Origin: the human T2T-CHM13v2.0 reference genome, Homo sapiens
Reading direction: 5' to 3' (one strand)
NCBI RefSeq assembly: GCF_009914755.1
Contig: NC_060925.1
Length of the DNA: 64,000 nucleotides
The position numbers and the translations under genes were made by a program. Shown here in pieces: positions 37,272 to 51,637 of this stretch (its first letter is position 1; each line of letters starts with the position of its first letter). Below the pieces are notes generated by a model. The model made no database searches. It saw only the letters and a list, made by a program, of their open reading frames with translations, and had not been told where the DNA came from.

Positions 37272-38570
37272 TTTCCTATTTGTATTTTTATTTCAATAGT
37301 GTTGGGGTAACAGATGGTGTTTGGTTGCATGAAAAAGAATAATGGTCTCCAACTCCATCCAGGTTGCTGTGAACGCCATAGTTTCATTCATTTTTTATGG
37401 CTGAGTAGTATTGCATGGTGTGTGTGTGTGGATATATATGTGTGTGTATATATATATATATACATATATATATATCACATTTTCTTTATCCACTTGTTGG
37501 TTGATAGGCACTTAGGCTGGTTCCATATTTTTGCAATTGCAAATTGTGTTGCTATAAACATGCACGTGCAAGTGTCTTTTTTATATAATGACTTCTTTTC
37601 TTCTGGGTAGTTACCCAGTGATGGAATTGCTGGATCAAATGGTAGTTCTACTTTTAGTTCTTTAAGGAGTCTGCATACTGTTTTCCATAGTGGTTGTACT
37701 AGTTTACATTCCCACCAGCAGTGTAAAAGTGTTCCCTTTTCACCACAACCACTCCAACATCTGCTTTTTTTTTTTTATTTTTAAATTATGGCCATTCTTG
37801 CAGGAGTAAAGTGGTATCTCATTGTGGTTTTGATATGCATTTCCCTGATCATTAGTGATGTTGAGCATTTTTTCATATGTTTGTTGGCCATTTGTATATC
37901 TTCTTTTGAGAATTGTCTATTCATGTTCTTTGCCCACTTGTTGGTGGGATTACTTGCTCTTTTCTTGCTGCTTTGAGTTTCTTGTAGCTTCTGAATATTA
38001 GTGCTTTGTAAGATGCATAGTTTGTGAATATTTTCTCCCACTCTGCTGATTATTTCTTTTGCTGTGCAGAAGCTTTTTAATTTAATTAGGTCCCATCTAT
38101 TTATCTTTGTTTTTGTTGCATTGCTTTTGGGTTCTTAGTCATGAACTCGTTGCCTAAGCCAATATCTAGGAGAGTTTTTTGGATGTTATCTTCTAGAATT
38201 TTTACAGTTTTGGATCTTAGACTTAAGTTTCTGATCTATGTTGTGTTTATTTTTGTATAAGGTGAGAGATGAAGATCCAGCTTCATTCTTCTACATGTAG
38301 CTTACCAATTATCCCAGCACCATTTGTTGGATAGGGTGTCCTTTCCCCACTTTATGTTTTTGTTTGCTTTGTTGAAGATCAGTTAGCTGTTAAGTATTTG
38401 GCTTTATTTCTGGATTCTCTATCCTGTTCCATTAGTCTACATGCCTATTTTTATACCAGTACCATACTGTTTTGGTAACTATAGCCTTGTAGTATAGTTT
38501 GAAGTCAGGTAATGTGATGCTTCCAGATTTGTTTTTTTATTTGCTTAGTCTTTTTTTGGCTATTAGGGTT

Positions 38571-38605
<35 letters not shown>

Positions 38606-38766
38606 TCCACATGAATTTTAGGATTAGTTTTTCTAGTTCTGTGGAGAATGATGATGGTATTTTGATGGAAATTGCATTGAATGTGTAGATTGCTTTTGGC
38701 AGTATGGTCATTTTCATAATACTGATTCTACCCATCCATGAGCATGGGACATGTTTTCATTTGTTT
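37272..38766 (-). mobile_element. 5'-truncated L1PB with a 3'UTR deletion
   Basis: ORF2 C-terminal peptides ([28 protein letters not shown]; [16 protein letters not shown]); TSD ATCTCAGAGG(T/G)ATTTCT at 37255-37271 and 38784-38800. Confidence 0.95.
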
Positions 38767-39016
38767 CCAAATACTTCTGAGGAATCTCAGAGGGATTTCT
38801 CACCCTCATACCCTTAGACTCTTTCGACCCGGGCTGGAATCAGGACATTCACTATGAACAAAAAATGTTGGGAAATGAGAGGGAGAAGACAGCTAAGTGA
38901 CCTTTAGCAGGTTCTTTAACATCTCTAAGCTTGAGAATCTTTATTATAAAATAGAAATAATATGAACAGGTTGCTGAGAAAATTCAGGGAAATCACATAT
39001 GTAAAATTCCTAGCAG

Positions 39017-39950
39017 TGTCAAGAACTAAGAAGGATCTGAGGTTTTACCCTACTTGTAAGCTAACAAGTTAGCCTGCTACATGTCCATGGATGCTGCCAA
39101 AAGACACAAGACTCCTGGGTCAGAGACAAATGACTTTATTATTCACAACCACAGTGGTAGCCAGAGGATCAGAAATTATGCTGGTCACTTGAGCTCCACT
39201 TCCCACAAGGCAAAGCTAGGAGGGCCAGATGATGCCTGCACATGCAATGGGGTTGTGTTACAGAGAGAAAGTCTGACTTTAGGGAGCCCCATTTTTATTT
39301 ATTTTTACTTTTTTATGCCTGATGTATCTTTTTTCTTTATTTTTTTTTTGTAAGTTTGTCTTTTATTTCAATAGGTTTTTGGGGAACAAGTGGTGTTTGG
39401 TTACATGAATAAGTTCTTTAGTGGTGATTTCTGAGATTTTGGTGCACCTATCACCCAAGTAATGTACACTGTACTCAGTGTGTAGTATTTTATCCCTTAC
39501 CACTATCCCACCATTTACACTGAGTCCCCAAAGTCCATTGTATCATTCTTATGCATTTGCATCCTCATAGCTTAGCTCCCAATTATGAGTGAGAACGTAT
39601 GATGTTTGGTTTTCCATTTCTGAGTTACTTCACTTAGAATAGTAGTTTCCAATTCCATCTAGGTTGCTTATGAATGCCATTATTTCATTCCTTTTTATGG
39701 CTGAGTAGTATTTCATGGTACATATATACCAGATTTTCTTTATCCACCACTTGGTTGATGGGAACCTCATTTTAAAATAATAGGCAGTAAGTAAACCTTT
39801 TTATTTTATTGGGAAGAAGATATCTCTATTTTTCAATGCTTGTAGTTTTACAAACATCAGAAAAAAAGCCCAGAACAAAAACAGCGAGGGGGCATTCATT
39901 TACAAGATTTGTAAGAATGCAAAAGAACATTTGAGAATTGTCTCTTAACA
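39017..39950 (-). mobile_element. LTR40-like ERVL solo LTR split by an L1
   Basis: TGTCAAGAAC...TTTTACCCTACTTGTAAGCTAACAAGTTAGCC ... GAGAATTGTCTCTTAACA. Confidence 0.75.
39292..39759 (-). mobile_element. Short L1PB 3' end
   Basis: TTTCAATAGGTTTTTGGGGAACAAGTGGTGTTTGG; degenerate TSD GGGAGCCCCATTTT/GGGAACCTCATTTT. Confidence 0.9.
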
Positions 39951-40035
39951 CAATACCTGGCATCTGATGAGCTCAATGAATTTTGGCTGTCTTTATTGTT
40001 AATAAAGTACCTAATATTGTACTAGCATATAATAA

Positions 40036-40377
<342 letters not shown>

Positions 40378-41026
40378 TGGTGGTGGACCTTTTCTTGAAA
40401 ATAATGAGACTCAAATTTCTGCTAGTGAGCAATTTAAGGTATATACAGAACCTATCTCAGAGTCTGATACGTAGTAGGCATTCAATATATATTACTGAAG
40501 GAATAAATAATATAATAATAAATAATATATAAATATATAAATCATATCTCATTCAATATATATGAAAGAATAAATAGTAACACTTTGGAAATTCTATAAA
40601 ACAAATATAAGGTGTGATTATCAACCTGCAAACCGTGTATGTTTTTCTGTTTTCCCTTTTATCATGTAATTTTTTTCCATAATATTTTACATATTGTAGG
40701 CTCCTCACAAATAATGTTTGAAAGGTTAATAGCAAAATAAATAAAATACAAAATTTTCCAATTTTAATTGTAACTGTGATTTATACTTCTTTCTCACCAT
40801 ATATAGTATCAAACTGATGAAGTAATTAGGATTTAAAATTTCTTTCCATACTATAAAATGGCAAAATATGTTCCTTGCCATGGTCTTGTAAAAGTTTTGA
40901 AGACATTGAAATGGCTAAAAATGTAAACGGCAAGAGAGAGGAGAATTAAAATATAAATAACACACAAACTGGATAAGCTACTATAGAGTAAATTGAAAGT
41001 TAATTAGCTCAGGAATAGAACTCCTA

Positions 41027-41440
<414 letters not shown>

Positions 41441-43184
41441 TTAAAATCTCCAAGGAAAACTCAGGAGTCACATTAAACCAATGGTTCAAACCTGGTCACC
41501 GTTTCCCATTGTCTGGATTTACTGAAGGATCCATTTGGTGGAGGTCAGAGAGGAATTAAGCTAGTGATGGAGGATTGAGGGTGGGGGATGAAGAGGTCAG
41601 GAGTAGGATGAGAGTGAAAGCGGGGAGGGCTTTAGGTATTTTTCTCCTCACAGGGCTTTCCTGTGTTCCTGGGAAGGTTTTCGTTTTCTGAAGCTCCAGA
41701 TTGCCTTATCTGCAAATCAGGGAGGGTGCTGCTGTGTGCTTTGAAGACCAGTACTGGATGTGGTGGGCAAAGCACAGAAGCGCAGACTGAGATTATTAGT
41801 GCAGATTTGGTATCTATCAGGTCAGATCGGGGCTGCTGTCTGTCAGTTTGGTTAGATTTTTAGGGGGTGTCTCTGAGGCAAATAATGAATAAAAAAGTAA
41901 TACTGTGCTGTTTATCACCTGCTGGTCTTTAAACTATAGTTAAATTTCCCCTGATAATTTCTTTTCCATTAATCTTTCTTCCTGTTAGGAAATCTTTGGA
42001 AAATTGCTGACTTGGCAGCTGAAAATATTTTCTTGGCAAGCCCTTTGAAATTGTAATTGTATTAAAGGGCCTTTTTCTTATCTTTGCCTTTAAATAACTT
42101 TTTTTCTCCCTGGTTCTCTGTTGGAGAAAGAAGAATAAAATGCATTGTTCATCCTTATCCTCAACACATCATTATTTTTGAACCTTTGAAGAGCAGTGAA
42201 ATTCTCTATTGTGAGGGATTTTAGTCTTAAATCAACAGCATGTCAGGAAGCATTAGTGAGGCACAACATCACATGCATATATGGACGGGTCTGGTCATCA
42301 AGCATAAACGAGCTGCCAGCAAACCAAGCTACAGAAACAAGAGTTCTTAATTCCCCTACCGCCATTCCCACACATTTAGACTCTAGGGATGCAAATACAA
42401 TATACCAATTATGGTAACACTTTCTGACCTCAACTCATCAAGAAATATAAAACTGCGTGTTCAATATTTTGTGGAGCCACTGTTTCAAAATTGATTTTTA
42501 AGCAATGGCTACTCGTGTGTTTTTTTGTCTCCTCTGGGAATCTGGGGTTCGGAAGGGCAGTGCATTTCTCTTGATGTCTCTCTGAGATAAATAAAAAGAA
42601 AATAGGAGGCCATTTTCAGGTTGGCCTCAAGGTCTCTCCCAGGCATCCAGACTCATTTTGTCATTCCTCTCCAGGGCTTATGCTTGGCCTACTGATCCCA
42701 GAGGAGAGAATCATAGAGAATTGTGGAATTGGAGAGCTGCAAATAGCCTGCCCTCATTTGTAAGTCACCCCTGATTCAGGCTACAGAGCTGCAGCTATTG
42801 ATGGCATCCATGGAAATGACTCTGGCCTTGAGGCTCAGCTTCTCACAGAGAAGCGGTTTTTCCCTTCTGCATCCAGTGCTTGATGGGAGACTTGACAAAG
42901 TGGTGGCAGAGCTGGAGCCTGAGGAAAACCCAACAGAGCTTGCATTTATTACAAAATACTGAATTGCTAAGTGCTAAATGAGATTGCCTCCATGTCCTGC
43001 TCATTGACTTACAGGAAAACAATGCACCCTCAAATAGCAGGTGGGGTTGGAATTAGGAGGAAGTGGTTGGAGACTGCACCAAAGAGCAGGGGGCCAACCA
43101 TGGTCCACACAAGGAGATGTGGAAGTGTTTCATTCTACCCAATGTTCTTGTGGAGTTAGTTGTTACTTAGCTAAAAAGAATGTT

Positions 43185-43375
43185 GGGGAGGACCCGAGTT
43201 TGGGTCTTAGTGCTGCCATTTTATTAGTTGGGTAACCTTGGGCAAGTTAACAGTTCTGTGCTTCAGTGTCTTCATCTATAAAGAGAAAATAACAATTTGC
43301 AGGGGCACTTAAAGATAAAATGAATGTTTATGTAATCTTTCTGGTGCACAGTAATGCTGAATTAATGTCTCTATT
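43185..43375 (+). mobile_element. MIR
   Basis: TAACCTTGGGCAAGTTAAC...CTTCAGTGTCTTCATCTATAAA. Confidence 0.75.
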
Positions 43376-43429
43376 CTTTTTCTTTTTTTTTTTTTTTTAA
43401 ACAACAAAAAAACCCCTCCTGTCTTTTCT

Positions 43430-44340
43430 GTTTTTCCTCAATCAACTTAGAGGTTTATTTTGCCAAGGTTAAGGACCATGGCCCATGACACAGCCTCAGG
43501 AGGTTCTGAGAACATGTGCCCAGGTTGGCTGAGTTATAGCTTGGCTTTATACACTTTAGACAGACAGAAGTTACAGGCAAAAATATAAATCAATATACAT
43601 AAAGCAAATATTGGTTTGGCCTGGAAAAAAGGGACATGATGGGGGCAGAGGGGGTAGGGGATTCCAGGTCATAGGTGGATTCAAAGATTTCCTAATTAGC
43701 AATTGGTTGAAAGACTTACATGCTGCCTGAAGAGTTGAAGTCAGTTCGAGTTCAGATAAAGGGGGTTTTGAAAGCCAAGGTTCTTGTCAAGTATATGAAA
43801 CCTCCAAGCAGCAGGCCTCAGAGAGAATATATGGTGAATGTCTCTGTTCACACCTCAAAAGGCAACAGACTCTCCAGAAAATATCTAGTCATGGAAGGAG
43901 ATTCTTTACAGAATGCAAATTTCCCCCACAAGAAACAGCTTTGCAGGGCCATTTCAAAATATGTCAAAGAAATAAAATACTTTGGTTTCCTTCAGAGCCT
44001 ACTGTTTGTCCTGTGATGTTATACCAGAGGCAGGTTGGAATTTTGTATGTCATTGCTACAAAGAGGCTGTTTTAAGATCTCCGTTTTCATGTTAATATTG
44101 GTCAGTTGTGTCTAAACTCTAAAAGCAGGAGAGTATAATGAGGCATGCCTGATTCTCATTTCCTGTCGTGACCTGAACTAGTTTTTCAGGTTAATTTGGA
44201 ATCCCGTTGGCCAAGGAGGGGAGGGTCATTCAGTCAGATGGGGAGCTTAGAACTTTATTTTCGGTTAACATTCTCCCTCTTCTGGCCAAGATTTGCCAGA
44301 GGCAACATCAGTGATCAAACTTTTATTTTTGTCCCATAGC
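43430..44340 (-). mobile_element. MER4-family ERV1 LTR with adjoining PPT/internal stub
   Basis: AGAGGTTTATTTTGCCAAGGTTAAGGAC...GACACAGCCTCAGGAGG...; LTR edge TTCGGTTAACA at 44270, then pyrimidine run. Confidence 0.85.
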
Positions 44341-44769
44341 TGAACTCATGTCTTAATGATTACTTATATTAATCGCATGAGACTGGCCCTCTAGAAGCCC
44401 ATTCTCTATCCCACTTAGAATGGGGCACCAACACTGCTTCTCTAGATTTCATAAGCAATGCTAGCTAGCTTCTGTGCCAAATTGCCAGTTGTTTCAAGTA
44501 ATGGAAATAGTTAGTAGGTACGTTCTTGGGAATGGGGAGTCCCCTACGGGTTGGGGGTAGGGAGTGAGGCTGTCAGTTACATGAAGACAGGGCAGAGGAC
44601 ACAAGGATACAGGACATAACAGACACACAGGAAGTGAATGAATGCATTTAAGTGTTTGGTGGCCAAAGTAGGGCAAGGAGAGAACTAATGAGGGCAAATA
44701 GAAAAGAAATGGCTTCTGTTTCTGTATCTTGACTTGCTTCTCATCAGTTTGTAAATGGAGGTAGGTTGT

Positions 44770-44774
<5 letters not shown>

Positions 44775-44816
<42 letters not shown>
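44775..44816. repeat. (AC)21 microsatellite
   Basis: Perfect AC run. Confidence 0.98.
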
Positions 44817-44818
<2 letters not shown>

Positions 44819-44986
44819 ACACCAAGAGCAATGACTAAGAAGAAGGAGGGACAGAGTTTTGAGTTTGGAAGAGCATGCTGGGCACAGAATTTGAAGTAGT
44901 CAATCAATTAGCATTTCACATTTTGTAATTTAGAATCATACATACATATCTCCTGGTCTAACCCTCATAGAATGTAGGATTTCTCC

Positions 44987-45475
44987 TGTATTAGTTTCCT
45001 ATTGCTGCTAGAACAAATTACCACAACTTTTGTGGCTTGAAACAAGACAAATGTATCGTCTTACAGTTCTGGAAGTCAGAAGCTGAACATGGATCTTATA
45101 GACTAAAATCAAGGCATTAACAGAACTGCATTTCTTCTGGAAGCTCTTTGGGAGAATCTGTCTCTTTGCCTTTTTCAGCTTCCAGAGGCTGCTCTCAGGG
45201 CTTAGCTTGTGGCCCCCTTCCTCCATCTTCAAAGCAAATTACTCAATTTCTGCTTCTATCAGCCAATCTCCTACTCTGACTGGTTCTCTACTTCCTTCCC
45301 TTATACAGACCTCTTATATGGGCCCGCTCAAATAATCCAGGATAATCTCCCATCTCAAGATTCCTACCCTAATCATATCTGCAAAGTCCATTTTTTACAT
45401 TTAAAGCAATGCATTTACATTTCTTGGTGTTTAAGACACAGACATATTTGGGGAGCCATAACTCATTCTGTCACA
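44987..45475 (-). mobile_element. MLT1C/D-like MaLR LTR
   Basis: TGTATTAGTTTCCTATTGCTGCT...TAATCCAGGATAATCTCCCATCTCAAGAT. Confidence 0.85.
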
Positions 45476-46559
45476 CTTCCCTAAATCACCCTTTCCTGAT
45501 GGTTAGGTGCACACCTCTTCCTGAGTACATTCTGAGGCAGCCCATTTCAATGTAAATGTTATCTGACTTTCTTTTGCTAGTTAAATGAATGACTGAGTGA
45601 GTAGAGGAAGCCACACGCTCTTTCTCTTTCTCTTTCTCTTCACTCATGGGTTGAAAGCGACCAGTAAGAAGTCAGACAAGAATAATTAGGAAAGTTTGCT
45701 AGGGTTTTTGTCATTACCTTGAGTCTTGACAGGCAGATCTCCAAGAGAACAGTAGCATGGCTACCTACCCCCTAGTCAAAAGGGCCATGCAGGAATACAA
45801 ATATACTCTTTTAGCTTCTGATGAAAGAACTGGGCATCATTATCCCTAAGGACAACATTGATTAATTGTAATGTATGCATAACTGCTTAGCCTATGTACA
45901 AATTCTTCCACTGTCATTGCAGGGTACAATACCAACATTGCCTTGAGCCAGTTCAGATAAACACCAATAAGAAGTAATGTATTTCTTCATTTACTTACTG
46001 CGGAATCAGTGGGTAGCCTCTTTCAACCCAAGGCTATCCATTTTCAAAGGGGAAATGGTACAATAAATGGAGGATCCCCATGGCTCAGACAAAGACTGTG
46101 TTCTTCTTCTTGATTATTTTTGTTATAGAGTTATGACTATTCAAACAATTCTAGAAAGCTCTTTCCTGTTGGCAATATCTCCAGGTAGCTCTCTCATTAA
46201 GCCCATTCAGTTCAGTGCTCTGATGTGTAAGACATCATACAGTATAAAATTGTCCCATGCAAAATCTACTTTCCCCTAAATATGTATTGTTGACTTGGCT
46301 AAAAACTTCTCATCAGACAGTGAACAGTGAAAAATACTTTACTCTTGCCATCTGCCCAATAAACAGAATCACACAGTGTGCTCAACTCCTCTAAGTGATC
46401 ATTTAAGGTGACTCCTGCTATTAACACATATAGCCGCTGGGCATACTGACTCCACCCCCTGTTCTTGCTGCTCTGGCTGTGGCACCCCCCTATACCCGCT
46501 TTAGTTTGATGGTCCTTTTATGCCCATTCTTCCCAGTTCCCAACATTTTATTAATCATT

Positions 46560-48310
46560 ATGTTTTAAAAGAAATCAGTTTCATTGGGTTATTATTTACA
46601 TACAAATGCATATATCAGTGTAAACATCACTGCAATTAAGATGCGGAATATTTCCATTCCTATAAAAAGTTCCCTCCTCCGCTTTTGCAATTAATTATTT
46701 GCTACCCTCCTGCCCCAAGCAGTCTTCTGTTACTATAGATTAGTTTCCCTTTTCTAGAATTTCATATAGATGGAATCATACAGTATATATTATTTTGTGT
46801 AGGCTTTTGTTTTAAAATTTAGCATCATGTTTTTGAAATTCATTCATATGGTATATATCAATCGTTTCTTCTCTTTTATTGCTTAGAAGTGTTCCATGGT
46901 ATGCATTTAACACATTTTGTGTGTCTGTTCACTGGTTATTGCCTATTTAGGTTGTTTCTTGTTTTGGGCTGCAATGAATGAAGTTACTGTGAATATTTGT
47001 ATACACAACCCTATGGATATATCGTTTCATTTTTAATTTTTTTGAGTAAATTCTGAGGAGTGGAATTGCTAGGCCATAGATAACTATGCAAGTAACTTTA
47101 TAAGAAATGGACAAAGTGTTTTCCAAAGTAGCTATACCATTCTATATTCCTACAAATTTTGTCTGAGAGTTCCAGTTATACCACATGCTGGGCAGCAGTT
47201 GGTATTATAATCTTTTAAATTTTAACCATTCAAATGGGTGTGCAGTAAGATTTCATTGTGGCTTTAATTTCTCATTTTCCATAACTAATCATTTTGAGCA
47301 CCTTTTCATGTGTTTATTGCTATCCACGTTTCTTCTTTTGTGAAGCATCTCTTAGCATTTTTTGCCCATTTTTAAATGGAGTTGTCTTATTGAATTGTAA
47401 GATTTCTTTATATATTCTGTGTACAAGCCTGTTATTAGATATATGCATTGTATTTGTTTTATACCAGTCTGTAGATTGACTTTTTATTTTCTTAACATTG
47501 ATTTTTAATTTTGCTGATGTCTAATGTATTAGTTTCCTTCTTATTGCTACTGTAACAAATTACCACAAATTTAGTGGCTTAAAACAACACAATTTGTCTT
47601 AAAGGTCTAGTGGTCAGAAGACCAATCTAAGTTGGCAGGGCTGCATTCGTTCTGGAGACTCCAGGGGAGAATCCATTGCCTTGCCTTTTCCCACCGCTAA
47701 TGGTTGCCTGCATTCTTTCCCTCAAGGTGCCACAGCACTCTGACCTTGGTTTCTTTTGTCAAAGGTGCCTCCTCTGACTCTGACTTCCTGCCGCCCTCTT
47801 TCAAGGACTCTTGTGATTACATTAGGCCTTCCCAGATAACCCATAGTAATCTCCCTATTTCAACATCCTTAACACAATTACATCTGCCAAGTCCCTTTTG
47901 CCATGTAAGGTAACCCATTCACAGGTTCTGGAGACAGGATGTGGACACTTTTGGGGGATCATTATTCAGTCTACTGCATGAAATTTATAATTCTTTTTCT
48001 TTTAGGGTTCATGATTTTTGCATCTTACCTAGAAAATTTTGCCCTGCCCCAAGATCATAAAAATTTTCTTCTATATTATGAAAGTTTTATACCTTTAGCT
48101 ATTATATGTAGGTATGCAATCTACTTCAAATTAATTTTTTGCATGGTTTTGAGGTAAGAGTCAGCTTTCATTTTGTTTTTTTTTTTTAAGTTTCCAGTTT
48201 CTCCAGCATCAGTGTTGAAAAGACTATCCTGTTGAATTACCTTGACATGTTTTTTGAAAATCAATTGATACTTAACACGTGTATTGATTTCTATTCTCTC
48301 TGTTCTGATT
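46560..48310 (-). mobile_element. Old L1M 3' fragment split by an MLT1 LTR
   Basis: TTCTAGAATTTCATATAGATGGAATCATACAGTAT; GAGTGGAATTGCT; resumes after 47978. Confidence 0.85.
47525..47978 (-). mobile_element. MLT1C/D-like MaLR LTR
   Basis: TGTATTAGTTTCC...ACAAATTACCACAAATTTAGTGGCTTAAAACAACAC...CATTATTCAGTCTACTGCA. Confidence 0.88.
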
Positions 48311-48319
48311 TTTTCTGAA

Positions 48320-48790
48320 AGCAAAACTGATTCAATCCTTGGCTTAGAATCATTGAATAGTTTCTAATATCTTATTTTTTTAAACATGATTTACAAGGCC
48401 CTTCATTATATGACCCTTTCTTCTCTTTCCAACGATATCTTTCACCCTCAATTGTACTGACCACCTTCTAGTTTCTTGAATACACCATACTCTTTTAACT
48501 CCTCTGCACACACTTCTCCCTCTGCCTTGAACACCCTTTCCTTCCTCTTTGCCTCACTTTTCTCTTCTCATTCATTAAGGGACCATCACTTTCTCCAGAA
48601 AACTTTTTCTGACTTCTTTCTTTATGCTATCAGAGCAGCTAACACACTGAATTCCAGCTGCCACTAGAGATACCTGTATCCCCTCTACATATGGTTTTCT
48701 GGGGCAGGTGGGTTGGGGTGAAGACCATGTGTTACCCATTTATATCTCCTAGCACCCAGCACATTGATTTGTTAAATGAATAATGATGAA
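48320..48790 (+). mobile_element. L2 fragment
   Basis: ACATGATTTACAAGGCCCTTCAT...CTCTGCCTTGAACACC...TTGTTAAATGAAT. Confidence 0.65.
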
Positions 48791-49109
48791 CCTTCTGTCA
48801 CACATATGGGGCTCGCCTCACAATGGAATTGCTGATTGATATTCACAGCAACTACACTCAACTATGAAGAATGGACTGGATGAAGAAAATGGAAAAGAGC
48901 CAATTTCTTATTTAGGCAAAGAGGGAATGAAGTATTGAGACACAAAGGAATATTCTAATAGATATACCAGAGTTTTGGTAAATAAATTTTACTATTTTAT
49001 ATGATAACCCTTAACTGGGGAATAGGTAATCTGATTAATAAAATATTCCGGTTAATAAAGATCCTTGTATACATTTTCAATTTAATAAGGGTAAAGGAGG
49101 AAAAAGAAC

Positions 49110-49315
49110 AAATGTTTACGTAGTACATTCAACAAACTTTGTACTGAACTATGCACTTTATAAATGTAATCTCATGAAACTCCCAAAACAACTCTGGGAT
49201 GTTAGGATGATTATGTTAATGCCCAGAGAGGTAATATAAATAACCATACAGTTAGTGGAGAAGACTTAGGTTTGAAACCTAGAGATATCTTCTTCTAGAG
49301 TCTGCACCTATTCTA
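49110..49315 (-). mobile_element. MIR
   Basis: TAATCTCATGAAACTCCCAAAACAAC...GCCCAGAGAGGTAA. Confidence 0.55.
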
Positions 49316-50314
49316 TTCCCTAGGAAAATGACTACATTTTCTTACCACTAAAGCTAATCCCCAGTTCCTCTGATAATTCATAAGGAATCAATGATGTTGT
49401 AATGACTTAGGGAATTATTGAACACAAGTTGCTATTTTACTTGAAAGGGGTAGATATATTTAAAAAGGTTTCCCAACTTTCCAATATATTTTTTGATTAT
49501 GTGGTATCCCGTTAACATAGACTTTGTCTTGGCAGTTGTTGGAATTTTAGGTTGGCTCTAAGATGCCATTATCCACAGGGATTCCAGAAAAGTGCCAAAT
49601 TAGCCCCAAACTGTGGTCATCCCTTCAACAAAATTCTCCCAAATGGTACATAAAACAGGAAGTATAACTCAGTGGAAACAGGAGGTAACTTTATTGTTAG
49701 CTACGGCCATAACTCTCAGGCAGAACTCAGGGAAGGATGGCCTAGTGGGGCCTTAACAGGGTTGGGAAATTCCTCTACCTTATATTCTTTGTTTTTAGTC
49801 CTTAACATTTGTTTTTAAATCCACTGGGATTTAATAGCCCAGTGAGGCTTGTTGCAGTGTTTTTTAGGGGAAGAAATCATCAGAGCATCAGGGAAGTCTA
49901 TGCCACAGCCCCATCTGATAGGTTCCTTTTCCTTGCTGCTCTGAACATGGGTGAGCATTTCAACTGAAGAAACAATGCCTCTAGTGTTACTCCCCAAAGT
50001 TTCTAAAATTGATCAAAAGAAGACATTAATTATTTCCAAGGCCACATTGGTTGAAATTTATTTTAGTATTTCCCGTCTCAAATTATGCTCTGCTTCAGTG
50101 TCCTGCCTAGGTTAGCAAAGAGGTTTATATATTAGGGACACATGATAGGATTCCCAAAATAAGAGGATGCCAAACAGAAAACTTCCCCAAATTGGAACAA
50201 AACATAATTCTCTACCTTTTGTTGCTAAAAGCAATTAAAACTGCCAAATAAAAATATTCTTTTTTATTGGAGAAATTACTAAGGAAATAACCTCTCGACC
50301 TCTCATTCATCTTC

Positions 50315-50603
50315 CTTTTTGTTTTTTATTTTTTGAGACCGGGTCTATGTCATGCAGACTGGAGTGCGGTGGCATGATCTGGGCTTCTTGTAACCTCCAC
50401 ATCCTGGGCTTAAGCAATCCTCCTACCTCAGCCTGCTGAATAGCTGGGACTACAGGTGTGAGCCAACATGCCTGGCTAATTTTTGTAGAGACTGGGTTTC
50501 ACCATGTTGCCCAGGCTAGTCTCAAACTCCTGGGCTCAAGCAATCCAACCACCTTGGCCTCCCAAAGTGCTGGGATTACAGGTGTGAGCCACCATGCCCT
50601 GCC
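50315..50603 (-). mobile_element. AluJ
   Basis: CTCCTGGGCTCAAGCAATCC J-type motifs. Confidence 0.92.
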
Positions 50604-51119
50604 ATTAATTTTCAATAAAAGACATGTGAGTATCTATGGGGGGCTTGGAGTCCCAGGTAGAGTTTGGTTCATCTTCCAATGAAGCTGGTGTTGTCTTACA
50701 GCATTTCTATATTTGGATCAACCCAACAATTAGTGTCTCAGATGTTTTACTTTCCCAAATCATGAAGTGTCAAATAAAACTGTGACCATGATTTCTATGT
50801 TGATGATACTGACTGGTCTTCTAAGAAATGTAGGAATAATTTACAACATATAAAGGAACTTTGAGAGAAAGGCAGGAGTTTAAGAAATATAAGAAACTTG
50901 AGCAGAGATAGATTTGTATTACACAAGTTTTAGGGGATTGAGGAAGCCAAAAGAGCACAATAACTTATCTGGCAAATCAGAGAAAAGGCAGCTGCTAGAA
51001 GGGATTTTGTCTAGGCAGATGTGGAGTCTGAATGCAGTGAACAAAGTGATGCTGGGCAGAATTCAGAAGAGAATAAACCAAAATTTAGGTGCCTTGAAGA
51101 ACAATTTTTTTTTAAATGG

Positions 51120-51637
51120 GGAAGTATTGTTTTTGGCTATAAATGCCAGACTACCCTGATTTGAACTGTTTTAAATATGAAGAGAATTTATTGTCTCAAG
51201 ATTGGAAGTACAGAGGTAGAAGATGGGGTGGGCCCAAGAACAGTACAATCTTGAGCTCATTGCCATTGTCAAGGACCTGGGATCTTATCTGCCTCCACTC
51301 TGCTGCCTCGGTGTGGGTACCATCCTAAGGGTGGATCCCCTGTGGTAGCAAGATGGATGCAGGTGGCAACAGGAGCTGTTTTCTTCCTTGTTTATGTCCA
51401 GTAGAAGAGAAAGAGGGAAGCCTTTTCCCTAAGCAGGGAATATAATTCATTCCTTTTCATCTGATTGGACAGATTATATGCTCATCTATTAGTCAAAAAT
51501 CATCCCTGGGTCATGTGATAATTGGCACATTGACTGATGTGTAATAGTCTCTGAAGGTAAAAATGGGGTAGATATCTGAACAGGAATTGAATTCTGTTGA
51601 GGATGGGGGAGGAGAGTCTATATGTTGGATATACAAC
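51120..51637 (-). mobile_element. MLT1J/K-like LTR, host of the THE1 insertion
   Basis: GGTAGCAAGATGGATGCAG...; GAATTCTGTTGAGG; continues after 53949. Confidence 0.55.

Larger units (their letters stand above)
38885..39995 (+). mobile_element. MIR split by LTR40 (halves about 38885-39016 and 39951-39995)
   Basis: AAGTGACCTTTAGCAGG...ATGTAAAATTCCTAGCA / CAATACCTGGCATCTGATGAGCTCAATGAA. Confidence 0.6.
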
